Source of the DNA: a virus
Lineage: Duplodnaviria; Caudoviricetes
IMG/VR virus record: IMGVR_UViG_3300032095_000018
Coordinates: 1 to 42,761 of that record
Reading direction: 5' to 3' (one strand)
Length of the DNA stretch: 42,761 nucleotides
Shown piece after piece: positions 8,856 through 17,013 of this stretch (position 1 is the first letter of the stretch; the number at the start of each line of letters is the position of its first letter). The notes under the pieces were generated by a model, which had not been told where the DNA came from, searched no databases, and saw nothing but the letters and a program-made list of their open reading frames with translations. A program made the translations under genes and the position numbers.

Positions 8856-9058
8856 CTGCCGTATTCAATTACATAATTTTTCATCCTATGGTGTTTAACG
8901 CCCATATTGAGATTTTTGAGTTGATTAGTGAATTTTCTTTTTGTTAAAGGTTCTAATTTGTAAAACTGACAGTACATCAGATACCTTTTGTATAGGTCAT
9001 CATTTTTCTCAAAACTTTTAATATCTTTTTCTAAATTTTCCTCTATAAATTTTTCCAT
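8822..9058 (-). CDS. Small winged-helix protein resembling the D5/primase C-terminal domain
   Basis: DLYKRYLMYCQ...LTKRKFTNQL parallels ELYEVYSNWC...LKNRAFYRIL at the primase C-terminus. Confidence 0.6.
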   Translation of the reverse strand: MEKFIEENLEKDIKSFEKNDDLYKRYLMYCQFYKLEPLTKRKFTNQLKNLNMGVKHHRMKNYVIEYGRWGVKLLPCKY

Positions 9059-9079
9059 AATAATTCACCAACTTTACTA

Positions 9080-9420
9080 ATCGTGTTACTGAAAAAACCC
9101 TAAAATTAGCATTGTGTTACTTTTTAAAAATTCGTTCAAGCTTACAGCCCCAAGGGCTACAGCCTTCGTGTTACTTTTGTTACCGCAAATCCGGTTCGCG
9201 CTTTATAATATATTTATATATTTTTATTTTTTTTATAGATATAGATATTTAATAACAAAAGTAACACTTGACAAGAAAAAAGTAAGATGAACCCTTGATA
9301 CATAAGGCTTTTAAGAGAATTTAAATGTGTTATTTTTAGTAACACTTTCGCTATTTTCATCGTTTTCTAGTAACTTTTGTTGAAAAAAAGTATTTTTTCG
9401 CTCCACTAAAGTAACACCTT
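9080..9420. repeat. Putative replication origin: GTGTTAC/GTAACAC iterons flanking an AT-rich core
   Basis: GTGTTAC at 9083, 9114 and 9168; TGTTAC at 9178; GTAACAC at 9261, 9339 and 9411; almost pure A/T at ~9201-9250; directly downstream of the primase-helicase. Confidence 0.7.
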
Positions 9421-11677
9421 TGATGAAATACTTATTTCTGTTGCCGCGTTCCCTTTTTAATCCCTGGGACTCTAAAATTCGATAAAACGCTCGATTTTTT
9501 AGCTGGTGCTCACCATTTTTGAAGCACCAATTGGAATAAACTTCATATAACTCTTTGGCTTCAATCTGAACATCTTGACGTTTGAAGCAACATTCGAACA
9601 TAAACGGACCAAGAATATCCATTTCTTCTTTATAATCTCCAGTTGCCTTCATAACGATTGCTGGATCATTCAACCCTGACTCCTGCCACTTCATGCAACC
9701 CTCAATGGCCCAATTCAAAATCCCGGGCATTTCCAGGCTTAACTTCTCAGGAAGCTTCTTGTCACGTTTTTCTTTAGGTAGCTGCAGGTTGAATGGAATT
9801 AAGCGAATCCTGCGCCAGATTCCTTCGTCTACACCTTTGATAACCGGCTTATGGTTAGTGGTGAAGAACACTTTAAATTCTGGAATGAACTCAAAATATT
9901 CTTGTCTTAGGAAACGGGCAAGTACCGGCTCACCACCTGTTATTTGCTTAACGAATGCTTCTGACAATTGCTCCCCATCTTCACTCTCGATCGCAGAAAC
10001 AAAACGAGATCCTACTAATCTGGCTATATCATTATTGGCGCCAGTTTCTTTTTTCTTGATGAATGTATCTGATTTGGCTTGCTTCCCATATTCGCCCATG
10101 AGGTCCTTAATGGTATTGATGAAGGTTGATTTACCGTTGGACCCCCCACCAATCAGAAAGACCATAATTTGCTCTGTGATTTCTCCAGTGAGAGAATATC
10201 CAATCAGACGCTGCATGTATTCAACCAGTTCTTTATCACCCTGGAAAATTTGGTCTAAGAAATTATTCCATTCAGGGCATTTCGCATTTTCATCAAATGC
10301 AATGTTGGTGATTTTAGTTAGGCTGAGGTCACGATCATGCGGCTGTAGCTTCCCTGTCTTTAAATCCACTATGCCGTTTTCAACATTGAACAAATATTTA
10401 TGCCGGTCAAAGTCTTCTCGTTCCCCTGGAACCAACGGCATGAGGTCCTTAATGCTATTCATCCGGATATTCCGGCGCTCACACATCCGAGCCCATTTTG
10501 TTTCAGCTTCATCCTCTGATTTATAGAGGCTTCGGAGCACCTTTGCAGTGATTCGTTCGATTTCTTTCTTAGTGTCCAGCTTCCACCGTTTGCCGTCCCA
10601 TATCAGCCAACCCATATCAGATACATATTTGATTACATGGCCATATTCGTGAGCTATCCGTTCTGCATTTCCAAGCTCTGTTAATCGAAATTTCTTTTTC
10701 GGCTTGTCCTCCACAACTTCTTCAACATCCCCAGTATGAAAATCAAAGGTGAATTCTTTGAATTGCTCCTTGTTGTCTAAGATTGTTGTTGAAGTGGAAG
10801 AGATGGCAGTTGCAATTGTTCTTTCGCCATATGTTTCATTGGTGTCTCTGAAATGGATAACGTCCCATTTATCACGCATGAGCCCTGATTCTCGGAACAT
10901 GGTATCCATTCGAGTGGATGATTTACCTGTCCAGAATGCAAGGTGGTTACACAATGCCAGGTCACTTGCCGAGTGATCATTTTTGATTAAGCTGCCATTG
11001 AATAGCGACCTAATTTCATCACCGTTTTTACTGCGAAACATTCTTTCCCAAAGAGCATCATTTGAAATTTTAATTTCGTCTTTTTCAAACTCTGCTAAAT
11101 TAACGCGGCCTTGAATATCGCTATCATCAAAGTATTGTTCGAATACTTCTGCCAGCTCGTCTGTCCGATCGTATACATCATTTGAATTTTCACGATTGCC
11201 GGTGAAGCTGAAATATCGGCCATAAGAGTAAATTTCTAATCCATGCTTTGTGTTTTTCCGTCCGGTCCCTAAAACAGATTGTGGAAGGCCACCTTTGATG
11301 ATGATGTGAAGGCCCGTTCCAGAAGGAGAAAACTCTGTATAGCTGTCTAATGTATCAATAATCTCGTTTGCGAATGAATTAACCTTCCCATCCACAACAC
11401 ACTTATCAATATCAATTCCGATGTAGTTATCCTGTCTGCTAAATACGAACCCTATGCCGTCATAGTCGCCTTCTAAATAGAATTTGACCGCCGTTGCAAA
11501 TGTTGACCAGGTACGCCTATTGTTTGCCTGGGCCATTTCACCATTTACCTGATATGGCACCTTTGTCGGCTTTCCACCTCGTTCCTCTTTCCGCCATAAA
11601 ATCCATTGAGGAAGGGCTTTTAATTCGGCAGGGATTTCGTTGAAATTGTATGGATTTTCTTTCATTTCGCCCTCCAA
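9311..11677 (-). CDS. Primase-polymerase / SF3 helicase (P4-family, D5_N)
   Basis: N-terminal Prim-Pol motifs (GIDID, SPSGTGLH), helix bundle DHSASDLALCNHLAFW, D5_N region, Walker A GGGSNGKST, C-terminal winged helix. Confidence 0.92.
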   Translation of the reverse strand: MEGEMKENPYNFNEIPAELKALPQWILWRKEERGGKPTKVPYQVNGEMAQANNRRTWSTFATAVKFYLEGDYDGIGFVFSRQDNYIGIDIDKCVVDGKVNSFANEIIDTLDSYTEFSPSGTGLHIIIKGGLPQSVLGTGRKNTKHGLEIYSYGRYFSFTGNRENSNDVYDRTDELAEVFEQYFDDSDIQGRVNLAEFEKDEIKISNDALWERMFRSKNGDEIRSLFNGSLIKNDHSASDLALCNHLAFWTGKSSTRMDTMFRESGLMRDKWDVIHFRDTNETYGERTIATAISSTSTTILDNKEQFKEFTFDFHTGDVEEVVEDKPKKKFRLTELGNAERIAHEYGHVIKYVSDMGWLIWDGKRWKLDTKKEIERITAKVLRSLYKSEDEAETKWARMCERRNIRMNSIKDLMPLVPGEREDFDRHKYLFNVENGIVDLKTGKLQPHDRDLSLTKITNIAFDENAKCPEWNNFLDQIFQGDKELVEYMQRLIGYSLTGEITEQIMVFLIGGGSNGKSTFINTIKDLMGEYGKQAKSDTFIKKKETGANNDIARLVGSRFVSAIESEDGEQLSEAFVKQITGGEPVLARFLRQEYFEFIPEFKVFFTTNHKPVIKGVDEGIWRRIRLIPFNLQLPKEKRDKKLPEKLSLEMPGILNWAIEGCMKWQESGLNDPAIVMKATGDYKEEMDILGPFMFECCFKRQDVQIEAKELYEVYSNWCFKNGEHQLKNRAFYRILESQGLKRERGNRNKYFIKGVTLVERKNTFFQQKLLENDENSESVTKNNTFKFS

Positions 11678-11705
11678 TGAAGCTGTTTTTACCTAATTTG
11701 GGTAT

Positions 11706-11738
11706 AAAAAAGAGAAGCTGGGCAAAACCAACTTCTCT
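11706..11738 (-). terminator. Probable terminator
   Basis: AGAGAAGTTGG...CCAGCTTCTCT followed by TTTT on the - strand. Confidence 0.5.
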
Positions 11739-11748
11739 ATTCAGTTAT

Positions 11749-12228
11749 TTAGAACGGTAGATCATCATCACCGATTGTTATGGATCCACCAACTTGCTCT
11801 GGAGGATTCACTCTAGATTCATCAAAGAATCTTGCTTTTGGGTATTTTTTTGATGAATCATTTTTATCTACTTGATGCTTAACTGTAATTACTAAATTTT
11901 TATTAAAAAGCTGTTTCGCCATATCGTCAGCATCCTTAAATTCCACTCCGTTAGGAAACCCACACGCCTTTATCAGGCTATTGATACGCTTAATATTGTT
12001 TTCTTTATACTCAGGATTATCATTGTGAAAGTAGAGCGTATTGTACAAAATCTTTGCACCCTGATGGGCTTGTGGAACATCTGAACGGATTTCAAAGTCT
12101 AAATTTAATGTTGGATGACCTTGAAAATCTTGAGCATTAGCATTAATTACGATTGCTTCATACTTTCCTTCAGCAACTAATTCAAATCCTGTACTTACAT
12201 TTTCTTGATCAAATTTAAAGAATGACAT
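11749..12228 (-). CDS. DUF669 ssDNA-binding-like protein
   Basis: EGKYEAIV N-terminus and acidic DDDLPF C-terminus; adjacent to Sak4. Confidence 0.82.
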   Translation of the reverse strand: MSFFKFDQENVSTGFELVAEGKYEAIVINANAQDFQGHPTLNLDFEIRSDVPQAHQGAKILYNTLYFHNDNPEYKENNIKRINSLIKACGFPNGVEFKDADDMAKQLFNKNLVITVKHQVDKNDSSKKYPKARFFDESRVNPPEQVGGSITIGDDDLPF

Positions 12229-12248
12229 TGTTTATTTCCCCCTGGTTT

Positions 12249-12920
12249 CTAATTTGTGGATGACACTAATAATTCTTCTTGCACGCAGCCATTGCGTTTA
12301 TCTAAATGATTCTTAGCAAAGATACTTTGGTTACCTTCAAGCATAAAACCTCTTGTACCATCTGCTTTTCTTACCAATCGAGCTACAACATGCACAATTC
12401 CCATGACATGATTGACGATTTTATCTCGAATATCCGGAATGAATTGGTTATATTGCTGGCCATCGTCATGAATGATGCTGCGTGTAGTTTCCCAGGCTGT
12501 GTAGATGACATTGGCATCCAATCCATTGAATGTTTCAACAACCTTTAGTAAGTGATTGTCATATAAGGCATAATCTTTTAATTCCGGCATTCCACTCTTT
12601 GTTTTTTCTCCTCTGTGCATCAGCCAAAGTTTCTGGTAATGAGTGAGGTTGTCCACAAAGATATTGTCATAGTTTCCGATATTCGCTTTTGCATAAGCGT
12701 AAAAATCTAAGATGCTTTGGTGAGGATCAGCAATATTGATTTTTGCTACATCGACATTTGCATAGCCTTCTAAAACTTGGCTGGTTCCATCAATATCGAG
12801 TACCAAGGTTTTACCTGGTAGCAATCCGGCCACCGTGGTTTTTCCATCCCCTGGCTTTGAATAAATGATGATCTTTGCTTTTTTGCTTTTCTTGATTTCT
12901 GCACCGTTTGTAATATCCAC
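12249..12920 (-). CDS. Sak4-like ssDNA-annealing AAA ATPase (AAA_24)
   Basis: IYSKPGDGKTT Walker A, LDID, FVDNLT, AKNHLD motifs. Confidence 0.85.
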   Translation of the reverse strand: MDITNGAEIKKSKKAKIIIYSKPGDGKTTVAGLLPGKTLVLDIDGTSQVLEGYANVDVAKINIADPHQSILDFYAYAKANIGNYDNIFVDNLTHYQKLWLMHRGEKTKSGMPELKDYALYDNHLLKVVETFNGLDANVIYTAWETTRSIIHDDGQQYNQFIPDIRDKIVNHVMGIVHVVARLVRKADGTRGFMLEGNQSIFAKNHLDKRNGCVQEELLVSSTN

Positions 12921-12922
12921 TT

Positions 12923-13585
12923 TTACACCTCCTTACTATTCAAATAATCACAGTAAGCTTGGCACTCTTCTTCAGTTTTGAAGAAAGTAGAATATTGTTT
13001 CAAGTCCTCAAACTTCTTCTCTGTAGAATAGATATCTTCCGCATGAATAGAACTGTCTGTAAATCCATCACGATCATCACTATATTGTCTGTACCATGCA
13101 GTCATACTGTTTCCATTGCTGTTCAACTTGAATTCATAGAGGATATATTCCTTAGGGTAATAAACTGTTTTACCTTCATTACATAAGCAATCTTCGCTTG
13201 CCTTTTTACCAAGTGGAGTAATGTATGCGATTCTTCTGTATTTATCGCACTTATCGCATTTTGGTGGTCGTTCTTTTTTTGAGTAAGCTTTATAAAGGAT
13301 GACTTTATGATCTTTCATAAGCTCGACCAGACGCTCTCTACGCACATTCCTTTTAAGTGTTTGATATTCACTTTCTAATTGCTGTTTCTTATTCTCATAA
13401 TCACGTACAATTCCATTGAAGTTATCTTTTACATCTTGAAGGTTTTCGTTTTCTTTTTTAAGGCGTTCCATTTCAGAAAGGAAATCCTCTTTAACAGATT
13501 TCATTAGACTTTCTTTAAAATGATCAACCTGAATATCGAACTCACTAGGTTCATGATAAAAATCCTCGTAGTAACTCATTATCAC
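12923..13585 (-). CDS. Hypothetical coiled-coil/Cys-motif protein
   Basis: CDKC...CLC motif; 220-aa ORF in the operon. Confidence 0.65.
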   Translation of the reverse strand: MIMSYYEDFYHEPSEFDIQVDHFKESLMKSVKEDFLSEMERLKKENENLQDVKDNFNGIVRDYENKKQQLESEYQTLKRNVRRERLVELMKDHKVILYKAYSKKERPPKCDKCDKYRRIAYITPLGKKASEDCLCNEGKTVYYPKEYILYEFKLNSNGNSMTAWYRQYSDDRDGFTDSSIHAEDIYSTEKKFEDLKQYSTFFKTEEECQAYCDYLNSKEV

Positions 13586-14139
13586 ACCTCCAAGCTAAAG
13601 GAAATCGACTCCGGCTTAACTGTCATCCCTGGCACCAGCTGCCCGTTTTCATCCACAACTGCCTTTTCACCCGCAATTTCAACAATCTTTACTGCCTTTT
13701 TAAGATCAGACCATTTCAGGCTTGTCTTAATGTAATCATCCATTCCGTTTTCAATAACATGCTGCAGGATCGCTTCCTCATTTTCTTTCTCTGGAACTTC
13801 CTTAGATTTTCTGGATTTAGACTTACCATAAGGAGTGCTTATTGTTTTAGCTTTCGGATCTTCTTCAAGCTGTTTAGCATGATATGCAGCAACCATAGTT
13901 TCAAAGAATGATAGGCTGTTAGAAATTGTGGAAAGCTCACTGCGCTCCCATTCAGAGATCCGTTCACGCTCTGCATCAGCCAGCTGCTTAATTTCCTTTT
14001 CCTGAGCCTTTAATGCTGATACTTTACGGAAAGCCCAGTTGAGACTGTTTTTATCAGTGATTTCAAACTTTGTTTCCTCTGGAGATAGGGACGTTACCTC
14101 TTCAACTTCCAAAAGCTCAATTCTTTGTAGCTGGTTCAT
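13582..14139 (-). CDS. gam: Host-nuclease inhibitor Gam-family protein (Mu Gam-like)
   Basis: FEITD..SLNWAFRK, KTISTPYGK, LKWSDLKK and VVDENGQLVPG motifs. Confidence 0.82.
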   Translation of the reverse strand: MNQLQRIELLEVEEVTSLSPEETKFEITDKNSLNWAFRKVSALKAQEKEIKQLADAERERISEWERSELSTISNSLSFFETMVAAYHAKQLEEDPKAKTISTPYGKSKSRKSKEVPEKENEEAILQHVIENGMDDYIKTSLKWSDLKKAVKIVEIAGEKAVVDENGQLVPGMTVKPESISFSLEV

Positions 14140-14314
14140 TATTTTTTTCCTCCTTCATAACTTGGTCTAAGTATTCATAGGTATCTAATAACTCATCAAA
14201 AAAGTTACTTCCGCTTAAAGTTTGTTGGTATTGTTCAAGAAAACTATAGAACGGCTCCAACTTTGAGTTCTGTGGACTGAAAACCGTCCGGTCCTTCGAT
14301 TCAAAGTAAGGCAT
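14117..14314 (-). CDS. Hypothetical protein
   Basis: ATG with GGAGG SD. Confidence 0.6.
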   Translation of the reverse strand: MPYFESKDRTVFSPQNSKLEPFYSFLEQYQQTLSGSNFFDELLDTYEYLDQVMKEEKNNEPATKN

Positions 14315-14412
14315 TTTCTAACCTCCAGTTGATTTTTTGTAAAACTTCCCATAAACTGAAGATGCTAAGTTATACATTTTCTGAGACCTACTGTTGCAGC
14401 AGTTGGTCTTTT

Positions 14413-14514
14413 TTAATGCAAAATTCTTTTCGGGAAGTTTGAGCACCAGTCAATCTTCACACCCTGTTCCTGAAGCTTTTTGATTAGAGCATCAAGTTTT
14501 ACTTTTTTATCCAC
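14413..14514 (-). CDS. Small hypothetical protein (33 aa), not in the track
   Basis: GTG start after GGGAGGTG; VDKKVKLDALIKKLQEQGVKIDWCSNFPKRILH. Confidence 0.5.
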   Translation of the reverse strand: MDKKVKLDALIKKLQEQGVKIDWCSNFPKRILH

Positions 14515-14528
14515 ACTGTTCACCTCCC

Positions 14529-14690
14529 TTAATTACCTGGAATGATTCTAGTTGTTCCTGTTTCCCTATGTACCAGGTGTAGTTCGCCATGTACCTTTTT
14601 GAAAACCAGCCAATTTGCTGAATTAAGACCGACTGCTTTCATGGCCAGCTTCTGGCTTCGTGTTGGACGGAGACCTTTTTTCACTTTCAT
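14529..14690 (-). CDS. Small basic phage protein (DUF6906-like)
   Basis: KKGLRPTRSQKLAM...NWLV...LHLVHRETG motif; start moved to ATG 14690 on the basis of a GGAGGTG SD. Confidence 0.65.
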   Translation of the reverse strand: MKVKKGLRPTRSQKLAMKAVGLNSANWLVFKKVHGELHLVHRETGTTRIIPGN

Positions 14691-14703
14691 CACCTCCCTT
14701 AAG

Positions 14704-14874
14704 TTACTTCCGAGCCTTGTTTCCGCACTTCGGACAGTAAGGGCCACCGTATTCTTTCTTTGAATATCTAATCTGTCCAAACTTCATTTGAAACTTTTTA
14801 CTACAATGACTGCAATTAAGTGTTCTTTGTGGCAGATAGTTTAGCAGCCGATTAATACCTGTGTATTTGATCAA
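14704..14874 (-). CDS. Small zinc-ribbon protein (56 aa), not in the track
   Basis: TTG start after GGGAGG; CSHC...CPKC. Confidence 0.6.
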   Translation of the reverse strand: MIKYTGINRLLNYLPQRTLNCSHCSKKFQMKFGQIRYSKKEYGGPYCPKCGNKARK

Positions 14875-14893
14875 GTTCAGATCCTCCCTTTAG

Positions 14894-14983
14894 CTATTCA
14901 CACCAGCCATTAGCCTTACCAATCGCAAACCCAGCGAACAACATTGCGATAAAGACGATTCCAAACAATCCAATTCCGAACAT
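14894..14983 (-). CDS. 29-aa single-transmembrane peptide, not in the track
   Basis: ATG after AGGAGG; MFGIGLFGIVFIAMLFAGFAIGKANGWCE. Confidence 0.55.
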   Translation of the reverse strand: MFGIGLFGIVFIAMLFAGFAIGKANGWCE

Positions 14984-15004
14984 GTGAATCCTCCTATTCA
15001 ACTA

Positions 15005-15169
15005 TTAATCTTCTTCAAACGCTTTAGAAAACATAGATTCTAAAAGATTTACATACAGTTCCAATTCATCATCTGTTTTATCTTCAATTACTGGACCATG
15101 CCCAGGTACAACTCGATAATCTCTAAGACGTTCTAATAATTGTTTTCTTCTTGTTGTTACTTCTCGCAT
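15005..15169 (-). CDS. Small hypothetical protein (54 aa), not in the track
   Basis: ATG after GAGGTG; MREVTTRRKQLLERLRDY... Confidence 0.55.
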   Translation of the reverse strand: MREVTTRRKQLLERLRDYRVVPGHGPVIEDKTDDELELYVNLLESMFSKAFEED

Positions 15170-15188
15170 CTATGCACCTCTCAACGTT

Positions 15189-15326
15189 TTAGAACTTAAA
15201 CAGTTCATCAAGTTTCGCCATGTTGGTAAAAAGAGAAGGCTGTTGTTCAGCCTGGTCAATCATTTCAAAATATTTGGTCCAATCACTTTTTGTGATTTCT
15301 TGTTGTAGAGTCTCGAGAAGCTTCAC
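15189..15326 (-). CDS. Small hypothetical protein (45 aa), not in the track
   Basis: GTG overlaps the stop codon of the DUF771 gene (GTGA). Confidence 0.45.
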   Translation of the reverse strand: MKLLETLQQEITKSDWTKYFEMIDQAEQQPSLFTNMAKLDELFKF

Positions 15327-15643
15327 GAAAAAATCTTTTGGAAGTTCTTATCTAAGAAGTCAGCCATTTTGCTTGCTTGAAACACCCAAGTTTGCCCTTT
15401 TGATTTTGGATAAAAGACAAACCCTCCTGACTCAGCATCTAAAACCTTCCTGAAGCGAGATGGAAAAAGAATGTTTTCTTTTATCCACTCACTTTTTCGT
15501 TTTGTTCTTTCTTCAAGATCCTTCATACTCCAATAGACCCCGGACAGTTCATTCTTCTTTAACTGTTCAAATTCCACTTTTTTTATAAGCACTGAATCAG
15601 CTGGAAGAGGAATAGTTAGGTTCACTTCAATCTGCTGCATCAT
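15323..15643 (-). CDS. DUF771-family protein (possible excisionase/DNA-binding)
   Basis: YWSMKDLEERT...WIKENIL..PRF...GGFVFYPKSKGQTWVFQASKM signature. Confidence 0.75.
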   Translation of the reverse strand: MMQQIEVNLTIPLPADSVLIKKVEFEQLKKNELSGVYWSMKDLEERTKRKSEWIKENILFPSRFRKVLDAESGGFVFYPKSKGQTWVFQASKMADFLDKNFQKIFS

Positions 15644-15912
15644 TTCACCTCAACTTTCAAGTTTTCAGTTGCGTTACGCAACATGTGAGGAAAAAAAAAC
15701 TTGATTATTTCGTGAGCATCAATATGTAGTTCACGAACAATTCTATTAACCTCGTCAGTATCAAACACTGAATAACCGTTAATTTTATCACTTAGCGTTG
15801 TGGGACTCATACCAACTCGTCTAGCAAGTTCACGATAGTTAGAATCACTTTCCCTAATCCTTCCCTTTAACGCCTTCAACTCGTGATACTTCCTTTTCTT
15901 TGCTGTTTTCAT
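15640..15912 (-). CDS. Cro-like HTH repressor
   Basis: LKGRIRE...ELARRVGMSPTTLSDKING HTH; divergent from CI; start placed at ATG 15912 (SD GGAGGTG). Confidence 0.82.
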   Translation of the reverse strand: MKTAKKRKYHELKALKGRIRESDSNYRELARRVGMSPTTLSDKINGYSVFDTDEVNRIVRELHIDAHEIIKFFFPHMLRNATENLKVEVK

Positions 15913-15935
15913 CGTTGTCACCTCCACCAACAATA

Positions 15936-16051
15936 TTGCGTTTCGTAACAACAGAATACACTCCTAAAATATCAAAGTCAATACGTTTCGAAACATTTTT
16001 TTGGTTTTTTTATTGTTTGTTATTGCGTTTTGTAACAAACATAATTATAAT
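15936..16051. promoter_or_regulatory. Lysis/lysogeny switch: divergent sigma-A promoters and three operators
   Basis: Leftward TTGACT-N17-TATTCT (15981-15953). Rightward TTGCGT-N17-TATAAT (16023-16051). Repeats TTGCGTTTCGTAACAA (15936), ATACGTTTCGAAACAT (15981) and TTGCGTTTTGTAACAA (16023). Confidence 0.75.
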
Positions 16052-16076
16052 AATTCCCAAAGGAGTGGAAAGTGAA

Positions 16077-16553
16077 ATGTCAGATAAAAATATAGATAAG
16101 AAAGTATTTTCCGAGCGCCTAAGAGAAGTCATGAAGGATAACAATGAAACCATGTATACATTGGCTGAGAAACTTAGCCTTTCTCCAGCAACAATCTCTA
16201 GGTATTCAACTGGAAAAATGGCTCCTAAATTAACAACTATTGATGTCATTGCAAGGGAGTTTAACATTAATCCCGCATGGTTGATGGGACATGATGTTGA
16301 TAAGAAGTTGGAAAATGAAGAGAATAAAAAACCTTATTATAAACTTACAGATAAAGATAAATTGGATATTGCAAAGGAATTGGAAAAAATGCTTGAAGGA
16401 TTAGAGGATAGTGATTCTGGATTTGCAGCGTTTGATGGAGAGCCTCTTGATGAAGCAACCAAAATCGTTTTAAAGGATTCTCTTGAAAGGTCCATGCTCT
16501 TGGCTCGCGAAATATCTAAAAAGAAATTCACACCTAAAAAATATAGAAATTAG
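16077..16553 (+). CDS. CI/ImmR-like XRE repressor
   Basis: FSERLREVM...TLAEKLSLSPATISRY...INPAWLMG HTH; ImmR-like C-terminus (FDGEPLD...KKKFTPKKYR); start ATG 16077 after AAGGAG. Confidence 0.88.
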   Translation: MSDKNIDKKVFSERLREVMKDNNETMYTLAEKLSLSPATISRYSTGKMAPKLTTIDVIAREFNINPAWLMGHDVDKKLENEENKKPYYKLTDKDKLDIAKELEKMLEGLEDSDSGFAAFDGEPLDEATKIVLKDSLERSMLLAREISKKKFTPKKYRN

Positions 16554-16556
16554 GAG

Positions 16557-17006
16557 GTGCTCTCGTTGTCTGGTATTAAGGCGACTGTTCAAAATTTAGT
16601 TAAATTGCATGGATCCAATGATCCCTTTAAAATTGCTGAGGATAAAAAAATTAAATTAATATTTGAAGATCTCGAAGATATTTATGGATACTACCATTAC
16701 TATAGACGTGTCCAACTTATACATATTAACAATAAACTTGAAGAACTTATTCAAAGGTTTGTTTGTGCACATGAACTCGGACATGCAATAGAACATAAAA
16801 AGCAAAATACAGCATATTTGAGCAAACACACTCTATTTTCTACAGATAGACTTGAAAGGGAAGCTAATACATTTGCAGTTGAACTTTTGGTAAATGATGA
16901 AGTTTTATTTGACTGCATTAAGTCTGGATATAGTCTTGATCAAATTGCAGCTATTTTTGGTATCCCAAAGCAATTTATGCGTTATAAGACACTTACAAGG
17001 CGGTGA
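16557..17006 (+). CDS. ImmA/IrrE-family metallopeptidase (anti-repressor)
   Basis: RFVCAHELGH (HExxH) and EREANTFAVELL motifs; lies between repressor and integrase. Confidence 0.9.
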   Translation: MLSLSGIKATVQNLVKLHGSNDPFKIAEDKKIKLIFEDLEDIYGYYHYYRRVQLIHINNKLEELIQRFVCAHELGHAIEHKKQNTAYLSKHTLFSTDRLEREANTFAVELLVNDEVLFDCIKSGYSLDQIAAIFGIPKQFMRYKTLTRR

Positions 17007-17013
17007 CATTTAA

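Noticed and set aside
9693-10526. 277-aa + strand ORF
   Set aside because: Antisense shadow of the primase-helicase; no SD or recognisable motifs.
15900-16076. N-terminal extension of CI given by the ORF track (similarly 18401-18550 for the HTH gene)
   Set aside because: These stretches contain promoters, operators or RNA structure; SD-supported starts lie at 16077 and 18551.
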